Assembly: GCA_010909165.1 (NCBI GenBank)
Contig: VJWM01000348.1
Coordinates: 1 to 48,575, forward strand
DNA from: Anthoceros angustus
Taxonomy: Eukaryota > Plantae > Anthocerotophyta
Reading direction: 5' to 3'
DNA: 48,575 bases
Below are positions 1-12,613 of the stretch, piece after piece (within the stretch, counting starts at the first letter, position 1; each line of letters begins with the position of its first letter). Position numbers and translations under genes: made by a program. Under the pieces are notes generated by a model. That model did not search any database, was not told the DNA's origin, and saw only the letters and a program-made list of their open reading frames with translations.

Positions 1-104
1 ATGTCAAAAGCAACATGCGATCGGGCACACCGGATCATCGGGGATGACACACGGAAAAGGCAACCAAGGAAAAATTAGCCGGGACAACGAAGAAAGAGGG
101 TCAT
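1..104 (-). CDS. N-terminus of PLE RT ORF (copy A), continues outside the window
   Basis: Homologous to 14638-14736 and 22052-22148. Confidence 0.55.
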
Positions 105-120
105 CGACAACTTACAAAAA

Positions 121-2029
121 TCACGAGTTTGATTCCCGTAGTCCACTAGGAGGCTTAGAGGTAGAAGAGGCCGGAGTGCGGTGCGTCACCATGTGTGTTG
201 GAAGGGCGGGGTGTCGGATCTGAGAGCTAAGGTTGCTAGCGGTGAATGTCGAGCCATAGGAGAGTCTTCTTGATAGTAGGGGCTACTGGGCTAGCATATT
301 TGTTAGAAAACCTATTGTGCATCATAGGGCCACCTTGCCTATTGCCACGGGTGCCTCTGGTGAGGACTTTTTGAGCTTGTCCCCATCGGACTTTGCTTTG
401 CGCATATAGGATTTTTGATTGGACCTCAACTCTGTTTCATCAAGCGATCGCATTCTTCCGTGAAGGAAGGAGGCGATCATTTCTCTATCATGAGTTTTCT
501 TGATCCGAGAATGCAACAAGGAGCCTTTGGGTGGGGTTAGTGGCAAATGCAGCGGCACCATCCAAAGATCATTTCACGTACATACATGAAGGAAATGTGG
601 CTTTCACACAATCACGGTTTTGGCCAGCATTCAGAATCTTTGAAGGCAAGCCATTGAACACGGAGGCTCGCCGAAAGAACTCATCCAAATCTTGTACCAT
701 GAACAGAGGGCTTGGTCAAACCGGATAATCGCCATTGCGGCGCCCTACCATCAACATTCAACAAATCTTGGCGGATGCATTTGATGTAAGGCTGAGCCAA
801 TTCCACCATGTTTTGTCATGGTCCTTCCCAGCCACCGGTTTTCGAGCCTTTTACCCTACACAACATCATCATCGATTCGGCATTTGGTAGCATCAAAGCA
901 AAGGCTGTTACGATTGCAAAACCCAGCCCAAGCCACATTTCCATCCACGGCCTTCGTCAAACGATGCCATTTCTTCATCACTTAGCCTACAAAGGACTTG
1001 AAAAGTTTCAGATGAAGGGTGCCAAGTAAGAGGTTAGAACCAGTCCACATCTTGTGGGAGATGGCAGCATCACCTCAATGTCCCTAGGTGCAACAAGAGA
1101 ATGGGACCTTTGCTCATGAGAGGAAACCCTCGCCAAATCATTGCCTTTGTTTCTTGTGTGGGCGACATATTCACGCATGAAGGTGCGGTCCTCCTCCGTC
1201 ATGTTGGCGGTGGGAAGCGGGATGGTTGAATCACAGCCCTCGTGAAGCATGGGCCGGGGCTCATCTTGACCCGATTGCAACCTTGAGCCTTGGCAATCCG
1301 AACTCTTTCCTCGTCCAAGCTGTTGCTTGTGCATACCGTCATTGACGACACATTGCTCCAAGTTACGCTCAATGGTTTGAAGAAGCTTCATCCCTTCATC
1401 ATCACAGTTGGAATTGGCAAGCTTGCACCAATCGTTGAATGAGAGGACCTCCGGCATGGGAGGGTGCCATCCATCACCACAACAAGCGACATCGGTGCTG
1501 CGCTATCGTGCAATTGAATTTCAGCATGAATGGAGGGGGGACAATGGAAGCAATCGCGACAGCGTACGAGAGGATCAAACCCGGCATGTGTGTAGCCCGG
1601 TGAATGAGGCGAGGAGAAACTCACGATTGCCACGAACACCAAGCCAATTTCCAACCTTAGTGAGTCAACACATTTGTGAACACCAGCATGATTAATCCAC
1701 AAGAGATTTGAGCTGCGGACTTTCTAAACCCACAAAGGTTGAAAGGATTCTTGGTGACCAAACCAAGAAACGACAAGATAGATAGATTTCCTAGACTACA
1801 TTGCATAAATGCATTTGCACGACCTAGCGGTCATTTCAAGCAAAGCTCATTTAGAGATATATTTTAAAATCCGATCGGGGAAGGATTTTCCGAAGTTCGA
1901 GACCATAGGTCTCCTAATTAAGCAACCCCATGTGTGAGATCCGACATCTGCCCCCTCCTTGGTATGAGTATATCACATTTGTAGCGTGCACCACGGATGA
2001 TTGTGTAAAGGCATGCAATGTGGCAATTT
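121..2029 (-). pseudogene. ORF1 of copy A, C-terminal part (disrupted by the Copia insertion; continues at 9145-~9420)
   Basis: ORF 1008-1457 and neighbouring fragments match copy B 14752-16600. Confidence 0.5.
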
Positions 2030-2306
2030 TGATGAAATATGACCCTGTTAGGGCACTCTTCACTAGGGCACCTAAGGCTATTAATTAATTTAGTTCTTAG
2101 GGCTTTAGGTAGTTTAATGAGTAGTTAGTTGTTACAACCACTTAGAGGTTAGAACTACTTATGGTTATACCAATGGTTATAACCAGGTTATAACCACCTA
2201 GCCTATATAAAGGCTTTGTACTTTCTATTATAATCAATGCATACAACTTTTGTGCAAAGCTTTCTCCCTTGCTATGTTTTGCTACCTAGAGCTATGATTC
2301 TCATCA
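2030..2306 (+). repeat. 5' LTR of Copia-1
   Basis: TGATGAAATAT...TTCTCATCA, with internal TATATAAA; near-identical to 8866-9139. Confidence 0.95.
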
Positions 2307-2317
2307 TGGTATCGAGC
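2307..2317 (+). promoter_or_regulatory. Primer-binding site, tRNA-iMet type
   Basis: TGGTATCGAGC immediately after the LTR (canonical form is TGGTATCAGAGC). Confidence 0.9.
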
Positions 2318-2500
2318 ATTCTGCTCTCTATTTGCATTGGACAACTTGACTGATCTACTCTTCTTCTTCATCTTCTTCATTTCTTTTTAGAAGATGCATA
2401 GATTCTTTAGATTGCATGTCATAGATTGTCATCATGTTGCTTCCTTAATCTTCAATAATGCACACTGCATCCAATCCTTCTTCGATGGATCCTTCAATCC

Positions 2501-3034
2501 TTGCAAGGCTATTGGAAGAAGATTAAGGCTGCAAGACAAGAGATAGAATATAGGAATGCAAAGATTAGAATTGCTAGGAAGTCTAGTAAGATAGTAGGAG
2601 ATTCCATACTTATTGCTAACTTCATTGGCTCTATTCTAATCAAAGTAGAAGATCAAGGAGGGATAGAAATTGCTAGAAGAAACTTGCTTACTATCTTTAG
2701 TTTAAGTCAAGTGAAAGCAATTGAACTCGCTCTTGATCATATCCCAAATCTACAAGGCGTCCTCTTCCTCCTGTCTCCAATGCGGGTTTACAACAACACA
2801 AGAAACTTCCGGTTCGATAAAGACTCTCGCCAGAGAACCACGTCAACACACCCTCGCAGAACAAGCATAGAGGAGTTAGCAAGAGAAGTGCGTGATCTCA
2901 ATAAGCGCCTCCTTGAGCATCGATCCAAACATCTTGATCTTCATCACAAACTTTCCCTTACTGCTCGTCATCCGACAAACACGCCCGGTCTGAGAAAAGG
3001 TTTCTTCTTGTTTTGCTCCTTGCGCCCTGCATGA
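2501..3034 (+). CDS. Extra ORF or N-terminal extension upstream of gag in Copia-1
   Basis: 177 aa open frame. IKAARQE and ANFIGSILIK..DQG...AR..LLT.F.L.QV.AI..AL.HIPNL are conserved in Copia-2. Confidence 0.6.
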   Translation: MQGYWKKIKAARQEIEYRNAKIRIARKSSKIVGDSILIANFIGSILIKVEDQGGIEIARRNLLTIFSLSQVKAIELALDHIPNLQGVLFLLSPMRVYNNTRNFRFDKDSRQRTTSTHPRRTSIEELAREVRDLNKRLLEHRSKHLDLHHKLSLTARHPTNTPGLRKGFFLFCSLRPA

Positions 3035-3136
3035 TGATGAGGAAATGCGACTCTAAAAGCAATAACCGCAATGGTGGTTCCGGCGTGACGATCGAGAGGA
3101 GAGGCGGATCCACCCAAAGATGAAGTACGACCTTCC

Positions 3137-6100
3137 GTGGTGAATCACAACTATGGTGGCTTTAAGGAAAAGGAAGATTCAATGGGCGGGCGTGGCGTTT
3201 GGCGCTGCGAATGCGTGCACTTTTCCAATCGAGACCTATGGGACGTTGTAAGTGGGTCCACACCCAAACCACTGGGGCTCAGAGCAAAGAAACACAGGGA
3301 CGCCGAGGATGAAAAGCTCAAGACCTCCGATCTGGACTAGCCCTAATATGGTAAGACAATGCGTCAAGCAAAACTTCTAACAGATGTGGGATCACCTTGC
3401 TCGATTATATTCTTCAAGAGATGTGATGAGTATGATGACCGATCAACTTCTTCAATCAAGATGAAGGAATCGACTCTCGAACACCATATCAACACTTTCC
3501 GGAAGCTAGATCTCAATATGAAAAGCGCCACCAACACCTCCGTCCGAACTTGTTGCATTCCTTGTTCTCTTGATTTCCCTCCCACCCTCCTAGACCATTT
3601 CTCACCACACGAGCAGTTCGACAAGCCCAAAAGAATTCGCGGTTTGATGCGGGAGACCTCGACATCGTGTCGCAGAACTCGAGCCATGATTCGAGGAGTC
3701 CATCGGCGCCATGAGCCCAAGTCCAGGCGGTGATGTCTGTTGGAAGAGGCGAGAGGAAGAGGCGCGGCAAAAGTTCTCCTTCCAATAGACACCTTATTCC
3801 ACACCAAACAAATATCATGGCGAATCCAACTCTTCCACACCTTCCGGTACCAAAAGAGTGGAATTATTTGTAATTGGTGCGAATACCTAATCACATGGAA
3901 AAGGAGTAGAAAGAAGAAGAATGGGAACCTAGATCGAGGCCCGCCGCTCATGTTGCTTCAAGAAACACTCTTCATCAACAACACGTGCTCACTATTTGCC
4001 TTGCATCCTCTAAGCCGCAACCGCTTATTGGTACACAGACGGTGGAGCAACATCACATATCTGCTACAACAAAGACTCCTTGAGTCATACCCACCCACGG
4101 GACCATTTGTTCTCACATGATCACCCTTCCCATAGCGGGCCTAGGTTGTTGTACTCGATGTGATTCGTCGACTCTTCATCTTCATCAAGTCCTCCATGTT
4201 CGCCATGTGCAAAAACCTAGTGTCACCGCTAGTCTTTGCAAAGAACATACACATGGTCCTTTTATATGCCGATAGTTGTTCCTTTCCTACCTCAAGAATA
4301 GAACACACACTCGCCGGCATCTTAGAAGATGGACTCTATAGATTGTCGATCAAAGTAGGAGCCACACACATTCGATGTAGCCTCCCAACATTGCACAACC
4401 AACACACGATGCTCGGCATTGTAGATTAGGTCACCCTAATAGTCGAAGTTACTCCAAATGTCTAGAGACAACTAGAACACCCCTCTCCAAGGTTCACAAC
4501 TTAGATTGGTGCGAAACTGTGTCCTCACAAAAGCGTCACAGAACCTTTCAAAATCCATCTCCTCAAAGGGCCAAGTCACCTTTAGAGATAGTACACACAG
4601 ACATTTGTGGACCCTCTCTACACCCTCCTTTGGTAGTAGATACTTCTTAACTTTCACGGATTGTTTACGCCTCTCCTACATCCTCACACAAAAGAGTGAA
4701 ACTTATCGGTTTTCAAGGATTACATGGCATGGGCGTAAAGGCTTACTGATCACAAACTCAAGACCTTACGTTCCGACAACGGTGGAGAGTTTACATCTCA
4801 TAGATTTGCTGAATTTTGTCTGAAGGCGTAGCTCAACAATTAAGTGTAGTATACACTCCTCGGCAAAATGGCGTCATGAAAAAGAATCTCCGCCTCCAAG
4901 AGATTACAGTTGCTTAACACAAGCTAACTTATCCAAAGCTTATTGAGGCCCTCCTTACAACAACCTATCTCATGAATCGCGCCGACTTCCTCGATTCAAG
5001 GTATGACTCCATATGAAGCATTGGCAACAAGCCTTCCATAGATCACCTTGATTTTTGGCTCTCCATATGTCTTTATCCCTAAAGTACAACGCAAGTTAGA
5101 TCCAAAAGCTGCCAAATATCTATTTATTGGCTACCAAGGCATCAAAGGTTACAAGCTATTTGAACCCACAACACGGAAGCTTATATATGCCGAGTGTTAC
5201 TTTTCATGAGTCTTACCTCTTTTCCCCTGGGAGCTGGTACATCCGGCCACAGGCGTCTCTTCAAGAGCCCTCGGATACCTCCTCATTTGATGATAATTAT
5301 ATCACTCAATTTCCAGTTCGCCTCGTGTTCCGTGGTTGAACCTCTTGCGGGAGGAGGAGGAGTTAGCATCTATTCCACGAACACCACGGATGGCGACAAC
5401 ATTCAAGTCGAGGAGCCGGTGACACTCTTTATGAAGAGCATGATGACCCTCCTGTGAATGACATGGAGCACCAGGATCCTATTGATGTTCCTGCTCCAGT
5501 GGAAGATGCACCAGAACCTACACAAAGGTACAACTTAAGAACCCGTCCTGCAATCCCCGGACCCGCAGGATGGAAGGAACCTCCTTTAGGATATCTAGCT
5601 GTTTTTGATGATCCTCTTCCCCCTGTATCACTTTACTCACAAGCTGTATACAAGGCAACCATAGATCCAGAAGAACCTCTTACCTTAAAACAAGCTTTCT
5701 CTTCTCCTGAAAAAGACTTATGGAAGGTAGCTGTAGATTCTGAATATAACTCTCTCATTAGTAACTCTACATGGGAATTGGTTAAGCCACCTAAGGGTAG
5801 GAAGATAGTCACCAGCAAATGGGTATTCAAAATTAAGAGAAAAGGAGATGGTTCCATTGAGAGATACAAAACGCCTTGTGGGATTCACCCGGATACGGGT
5901 TTAGATTACCTCCCATGGGCCACATTCGAGCAAAGTTTGCTTCCCTTAGAATAATCTTCGCCTATGTGACCCATCATGATCTTGAGCTCCATATGATGGA
6001 TGTGAAGACATATCTCTATGGTCTTCAAGAAGAAATCTACATGAAACAGCCCAAGGTTATGAGGTTAAAGGCAAGGAAGATTGGGTGCAGACTAATTAAA

Positions 6101-7148
6101 GGCTTGTATTAAGCAATGGTAAAATTGGAATATGGACATACATGTGAAACTCATCAAAGAGGCTTGCAAAGTGATGCCGCATGTATATCCTAATATCGTG
6201 CAATGATACCTTTTACTTATTGCTCTCGTCGGCGTATTCATGGCCACAAACTCTCTTACTCTCCTAGCCGAGATCAAAAGTCGGCTCAAGACTTTTGAAA
6301 TGTAGGAGAAATGACATATGCACTTGGTGTCAACATTATTAGAGATCGAGCAAACAAGACTAGTATTGTTCAAACCAAGTACATTAAAGAAAGTTTAACC
6401 AAGTTTGGACTTGAAGATGCGAAACCGCCCTACACCTTTTGCTAGCGGTCGCTTACCATGGATATGAGTCCAAAGACGACAAGATAAGTTGGAAATGTCG
6501 GCATCCCATATCGACATCTGTTGGCACACTTATATATTTATCCAACTTCACGACCGGATATATCTTTCGAGCTCTGCTCACAATTCACGAGAACCACAGG
6601 CGTGAACACGGATGTCAACTAAGCGCATATTCGGATACCTCAAGGGTACCATGCACAGGATTGACATTCAAGTATACACCGAGCATAAAAGGCGTTGACA
6701 TTAACGACTTCGACGCCGACTATCTTTGGTGACCTCGAGATCCGTATCAGTGCGTCGCTATTGGGGAGCACCAATATCCTGGTCAAGTAAGAAACAACCA
6801 ACCATAGCCTTGTCCGAGAGTCGAGTATAGAGTACTAACCTCGGTTGCTAAAGACATAGTATGGACTAGGCTAACCTTGAGTGAACTTCATCACAAGCGG
6901 AAAAGCCCACCTTGTTGTTGAGTGATAGTCTGGAGCTATAGCCTTGTCAAGGAACCCTCTTCCACTCTAGAACTAAACATATTATTGTCGAATATCATTA
7001 TATCGGAGAGAAAATAGAGGATAAAACTATAGATATTAGTTATGTTCAAACTTTAGATAATGCGGTGATTTATTAACAAAGTCACTAGGCATTGAACATA
7101 GGAAACATATGAAATGTTTAGGTATATTGGACACCTAAGCCTCCATTA
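3137..7148 (+). pseudogene. Copia gag-pol polyprotein (frameshifted in this assembly)
   Basis: gag LWDVVSG; protease YWYTDGGATSHIC (~4027-4065); HCRLGHP (~4416-4437); integrase RYFLTFTD and LRSDNGGEFTSH; RT WELVKPPKGRKIVTSKWVFKIKRKGDGSIERYK; RNase H GAPISWSSKKQ and RTKHI..EYHYI. Confidence 0.92.
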
Positions 7149-8853
7149 GTTCATCCTAGCACTAAATTGGTCTACTTAAGATAACCTTAGTAATCCAATA
7201 TTCTATTCTAAGTCTTGAACAATCATCCTCAATCTTAACATAGGCCCGTATGCATCCTCTCCTTCATACATAGTTGAGGTGCTCTCTAGAAAATAATATT
7301 AAAATATTAAATAATATTTTGCTAATTAAAACTTTTCATATTCTCTTAACCTCAAGAATACTCACGATAGACATGGATCATATGCAAAATTCTTCAAACG
7401 ATACATAACCCGTATCATATGTATCTTAGTTTCGCAAACATAGGAGCATGGAGGTCGTCGAATTCCCCTTTCATATTAGTGATTATATAGATGAGCTTCA
7501 CATCATCACCCTTGGGATATATGCGGGTTTCCGAATCCTATGTTTCCTATTCTATGTCTTTCTTGAGGCGGAAAGAAACCTAAAATGGGCAAGATTTTAG
7601 CAAGAGAAAATAAGTTAGAACACCTTTTTAGAGTCACAAAAGCATGTCTACCTTTTCATTTTTCTCATTTTCTTCATTTTCCATTTCATTTTCCTTTTTC
7701 CCATAATTTTCCATACATAAATCTGCGAAAATAGTATCAGAAAATTCATCACAATTAATATTTTGAAACTGGAAAATGGTCATTTGAAGATGCCCACAAA
7801 CGGGCTTACAACTAGGTGCCTCTCCTCATGACAAAAGGGGGCATCCTCCAAGGTGCCTCCCTTCACGACAGGGGAATGCCTGCTATACCATCTTTCTATC
7901 TTACTTGAGATTTCAGCCTCCCTTCATCGTGAGCGGAAGCCTTCAATGAAGATTCTTCCGAGGCACTTGTATCGAGATAAGAGAACAATCTCGGATTTCT
8001 TCCCACAGAGCTTTGAAATCTTCCTCGACGATCTCTCACGCCTGGTGACGACATCTGCAGTTGGAGCAGTGTTGGCTTGGGATTAGCGGCACTTTTGAGA
8101 AATTGAGACAAGACATGCAGATCTTTCTTTAATCTCCGGCTTGGGTGAGACACTCCGCATATGGCGGCACTCACACATCAATGGCGATCTTCAAGCCTGC
8201 AGAACAAATTCCACCTCTCCCGGTGACTTCAACCTCTACGAGCTCGGACCACTTCATCCCACAGAAAACGTGGTGGGCTCTCCACAAAGGTTGGAATCCA
8301 TTTAGATGCGTGAGGATCACCGTCGCCAAGTGGGGCGTCGCTCCTCGGAGGCGGTCCCTCCCGCATCTCTTCTTTTCTTCCACTGCGCAGGTTGGCACCC
8401 ATCTACTTGCGCAGACACCAGTGATCCGCACATGGGCGGGCCGCGCCCGATGGCGCGCTCCTCGACGGGGCCACCCCGTTTTGTCAGGCGCCATATGCAA
8501 GTTCTTTGTGCTTCATGAGCGGGAGGCGGGAGGCCGGAGGCGGGGCGAGGAGGAGGAATAAAAATATGGGGTTTCACGCATGACCCCCATGGTATACGGG
8601 GCATCATATCATCCATTTAATGGGTTTAACATTTAATGGTTTTAAGTTTTACTTTTTACCTTTTACCTTGTTTAGGAATTTACCATTTCCTAATTAAGTT
8701 TTTGGTAATTAATTTTGATTACATTAAATTCTGCTTAAATGTAACTTAAGCCAGTTTTAATTGTTTTCTTAGTTAGTGGATAGCTTTCAAGTTAGTGGGA
8801 GCTAACTAGCCTTTTAGTCTCATTTTGAAGCTGATTCTTCACACCTAGTTCAT

Positions 8854-8865
8854 AGTGAGTGGGAG
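8854..8865 (+). promoter_or_regulatory. Polypurine tract of Copia-1
   Basis: AGTGAGTGGGAG abutting the 3' LTR. Confidence 0.85.
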
Positions 8866-9139
8866 TGATGAAATATGACCTATTTAGGGCACTCTTCACT
8901 AGGGCACCTAAGGCTATTAATTAATTTAGTTCTTAGGGCTTTAGGTAGTTTAATGAGTAGTTAGTTGTTACAACCACTTAGAGGTTAGAACTACTTATGG
9001 TTACAACCACCTTATGGTTATAACCACCTAGCCTATATAAAGGCTTTGTACTTTCTATTATAATCAATGCATACAACTTTTGTGCAAAGCTTTCTACTTC
9101 TTTATGTTTTGCTACCTAGAGCAGCTATGATTCTCATCA
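8866..9139 (+). repeat. 3' LTR of Copia-1
   Basis: Direct repeat of 2030-2306. Confidence 0.95.
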
Positions 9140-10059
9140 AATTTCGGCCCGTTGGTAAGTAGTTAGACCTACATCGAATCGACAGAAGTGAACCAAGATG
9201 TCTATAAGCACTCTTCCATTTTTCAGCATGCTAGCAACTGTGATCAACAGTAAATAGGAACATCACCGCTCATGAGAGAGAAAAATCATGCATGTCACCA
9301 TTAATTTCGTGGTTGTCAAAGTAGCGTAAGACTAGTTCACCATTTGTGGTCCATGGTTGGTATGTCACCGTAAGTTATCAAAAACCTTTTACGCAAGCAT
9401 CCTTGTAGGTAGTGTGCATCTATAGCCTGCTTTTCTCCAAATCATACCGTCTCAATATCACAAACCCACATGCATCCTTGCAAAGAAGCGAGTGTGCATC
9501 ATTGCTTGCATTGTTTTCTAGGCCGTTCATCGTCTCAATCATCAAACACCCACATGCATCCTTGCGCAAGTATACATCCACATACATCGCTTTTTCTCCG
9601 GCCGCTCATGAGTCTCAACCATTACATACCTACTCAGATGCTTGGGCAAACAGCTGCATCCACTTGATGAGCATCGCTTTTTGGCCACTAGTCTCACCAG
9701 CCTTAATTTCATACACATCCTTGCAAAGAACAAACGCGGCCCACCCGAGATCGTAGCCTCCATCATCACACACGTATCATTGTCACCAATAGACAGTGCA
9801 CCCATCGCATCTTTTTCTCTCCAAGTCGCTCACCGCCCATCACACACTTCCTTGCAGCATACCACCGTATCATTTTCTCATCAAGTTGCACCAATCTCAA
9901 TCACTACACATCCTCATGCATTCTCGCAGAAGCAAACGGCGCGCTTATTGCCGATCGCTTTTCTCTCCAGCCGCACGCACCACATCACAAGCCCACGTGG
10001 GTCAAGACCCGCACATCACCGATCCCAGCTGGTTGTGACAAAAGGATTGGCGCGCATGG

Positions 10060-10880
10060 CCATCCGGTCAAGTTTTAGATCGACAACCCGTCTGATCCAC
10101 CCATCCCGCCCATCCAAAGATCCACCGTGGCAAAGACATCATGCTAATCACCACAGACACCAATTCCAGATTGAACATCCACCGTGGTAGCAAAACCATC
10201 GGGTCGTCTCACCGCTTGCGCGCCTTGTATGGCTCCAAGCATCGGGCAGCTACAGTAACCGTCAAACCATATGGTCATCATTCCCAAGCAATCCATGAGC
10301 GGCGGCGCGGGAGCGAAAACCAGCAATCCTCCAACCGTCCGGTCAAAATCGCGGCCCAAAGAGGCGCAGACAATCAATCAGCCCACGCCCTTTTTCTTGC
10401 CCATAGTCGATCCTCACCGAGGCGTCGACACACCTCTCCGTGAGACGGTCACCAAGCAAATTACCGGTAGCGATGGTCATCCTGCTCACGCTTTAGATCG
10501 ACGACAACCCCGTCTCCTGATCCACCCATGCATATCCGCACCCACCAGGCAGACGTGCTATGCACCGCGACATCAATTTCCAGCTTAATGAAAGCACCAT
10601 CGTGGAAGCAAAACCAAGGTCGAAGACCACTTGCACGCGCCACTTGTATGGCTCCAAGCACAGCCGTGGAACCTCAACCGAGATAATGATTCCTAGCAAG
10701 CAATCCATGAGCGATGGCAGGGAGCAGAAACCAGGTCCAACCCGTCCGATCAAAAGCGCGTCCAAAGAGGCCCTTGTCCTCGGACTCCCAATATTCCAAA
10801 GGCAATCTTACAAGACACCAACAGCAGTACATCCAACCGTGGTAGCAACGATATATGCAAAACTAGATCGACATCCCGCC
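10060..10880. repeat. Internal ~400 bp sub-repeats of the PLE unit (also ~17510-18350 and ~24400-25210)
   Basis: 'tagatcgac(a)a(c)ccg..gatccaccc' recurs at ~10075, ~10495 and ~10864. 'tgtatggctccaagca' and 'aagcaatccatgagcg' each occur twice per unit. Confidence 0.75.
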
Positions 10881-12342
10881 GCAAGCTTAAGCGAGCATCC
10901 GGTAGCACAATATCTATCTCGCATGCTATCTTGAAGCCATTCACATGCAATCTTGTGCTCGCAGATCGCCTAGTGAAGCCAAACACAAGATACCACCTAT
11001 TTTCTCATTATTCAACTGCGTGACGTTGTCCTCCCACTACCACATTCCTTGCTACATGTATCAAACATCAATATCACCCCTCACTCAAACCTACGCAAGA
11101 TGCAACGATGCTTCACCTAAGCGGGACCTTGAGTCGATCCCAAAGGATGACGATTCGACATGCATCCAATACGAGGCATCCGCAAAAATTGCAGCAGAAC
11201 AACGACACATTCATAGCCACGTCACGAGCACGTAAGTATCTTGTGTTGATCAAACCGGTATTTTGAATCCGTAAGACACAAACCCTAGCGTCATTGAGTC
11301 ATCTATCCACCGCTTCTAGATCATACCAAAAACAACTTGAGGTTTAGAAGACTAGACCGATGACCAAATCAAGGTCTAGCTTCTTGGATGCACAGATGGT
11401 GTTGGTCAACACCCCTCCCCTTCCTTCTTCAGCCACCAAAAGGGATCATCGGCCGCTTTGGATCCTTGGTGAGACGGGATCCATTGCACATCCACTAATT
11501 CTAAGGTTGCAATAGTAGAAGAGAGGAGAAAAGGTTCAACCTTGGTAGCCATGGCTAGCTTGGGGAGGCAACGCGACAAAGAGACCAAGGTACTAAGTAA
11601 GGTGATCACGCAAATAGAGGGCGGAGCAATAGATGACAATCATCAAAGGTAGAGGCTAAGCATAGGAGAGGAAGGGAGGAACCCCAACCAAAGTTTGGAG
11701 GAAGGGATTTCATTGGGTAGCAAATTCTATCCAACCATCGCTCACAAGTTATATAATCCTATTGGGCAGCCATTCCTACCAATGATAACCCACAAGGAAT
11801 CAACCCATCTTTAACAAAACATGCACATAGGTCGATCCCTCATTTATAGGTAGTTAATTATAATATGCCAAGTGGGTACACTATGTCCTTCTACCATAAA
11901 AGGTGATAGCCCAAGTTGGAAAAAGGCAAGCATATTCATATTCTATTCACTCCATAGTTATCAAGAGTCTAATGGTGCATTTTTATGGGTTAGATACTCT
12001 CTAAGGTCAAAAACAAAACATATGAAAGATACTTGTAAACATCACGCTTCCAAGTTTATTATCCAAAACGACAAATAAAACCTGCATACATATTAGACTA
12101 TCTTGAATTAAAATTTATCTCAAAAATCAAGGAAAACAACCATATTAGTAAGAAAATAATAAAGGGTAAATAATAATAAATAAAATCAATAAAAATTCCT
12201 TCACAAATTAGTATTACGTAAACATTGAAGGAATAGATTTACTTAGTTCGATGGGATGTTTGGGATGGATAAACATCATTTAGAAGCACCAATCTATGGG
12301 CACACAAAGGGCAAATTCATGGATCATAGGGAACATAACTCT

Positions 12343-12397
12343 ATAGATGGATAGATGGATAGATAGATGATAGATAGGATAGATAGATAGATAGATA
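12343..12397. repeat. Short imperfect (GATA)n junction tract between PLE copies A and B
   Basis: atagatggatagatggatagatagatgatagataggatagatagatagatagata. Confidence 0.95.
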
Positions 12398-12613
12398 CCC
12401 TCCACTCTCTGGTTGAATTTACAAATATATTCCTTTTTGGATCGGGTAAATGAGGTATACAAATGCCCTTGATCCAAGGTTATTTGTATACCACATCGCC
12501 AAAAGGAAATATAATTGTAATAAAATGACGAAAAAACAGAAAAAACATGATGCATGAAGCATCATATACATAAATCTATCTAACCATCCCATAGAGAGAA
12601 GTTATGTGGGAAA

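Larger units (their letters stand above)
2030..9139 (+). mobile_element. Full-length Ty1/Copia LTR retrotransposon (Copia-1)
   Basis: Two ~275 bp LTRs with TGATGA...TCATCA ends; 5-bp TSD AATTT (2025-2029 and 9140-9144); PBS; PPT; gag-PR-INT-RT-RH order. The empty site is seen in copies B (~16604) and C (~23492). Confidence 0.97.
1..12342 (-). mobile_element. Penelope-like retroelement, tandem copy A (3' part runs off the window; interrupted by Copia at 2030-9139)
   Basis: Position 1 aligns with 14638 and 22052. After removing the Copia, 1-2029 plus 9145-12342 is colinear with 14638-19789. The unit ends at a GATA tract. Confidence 0.85.

Noticed and set aside
9412-11235. Plus-strand ORFs of 60-180 aa in the PLE unit
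   Set aside because: Frames are not consistently preserved between copies and show no recognisable domains.
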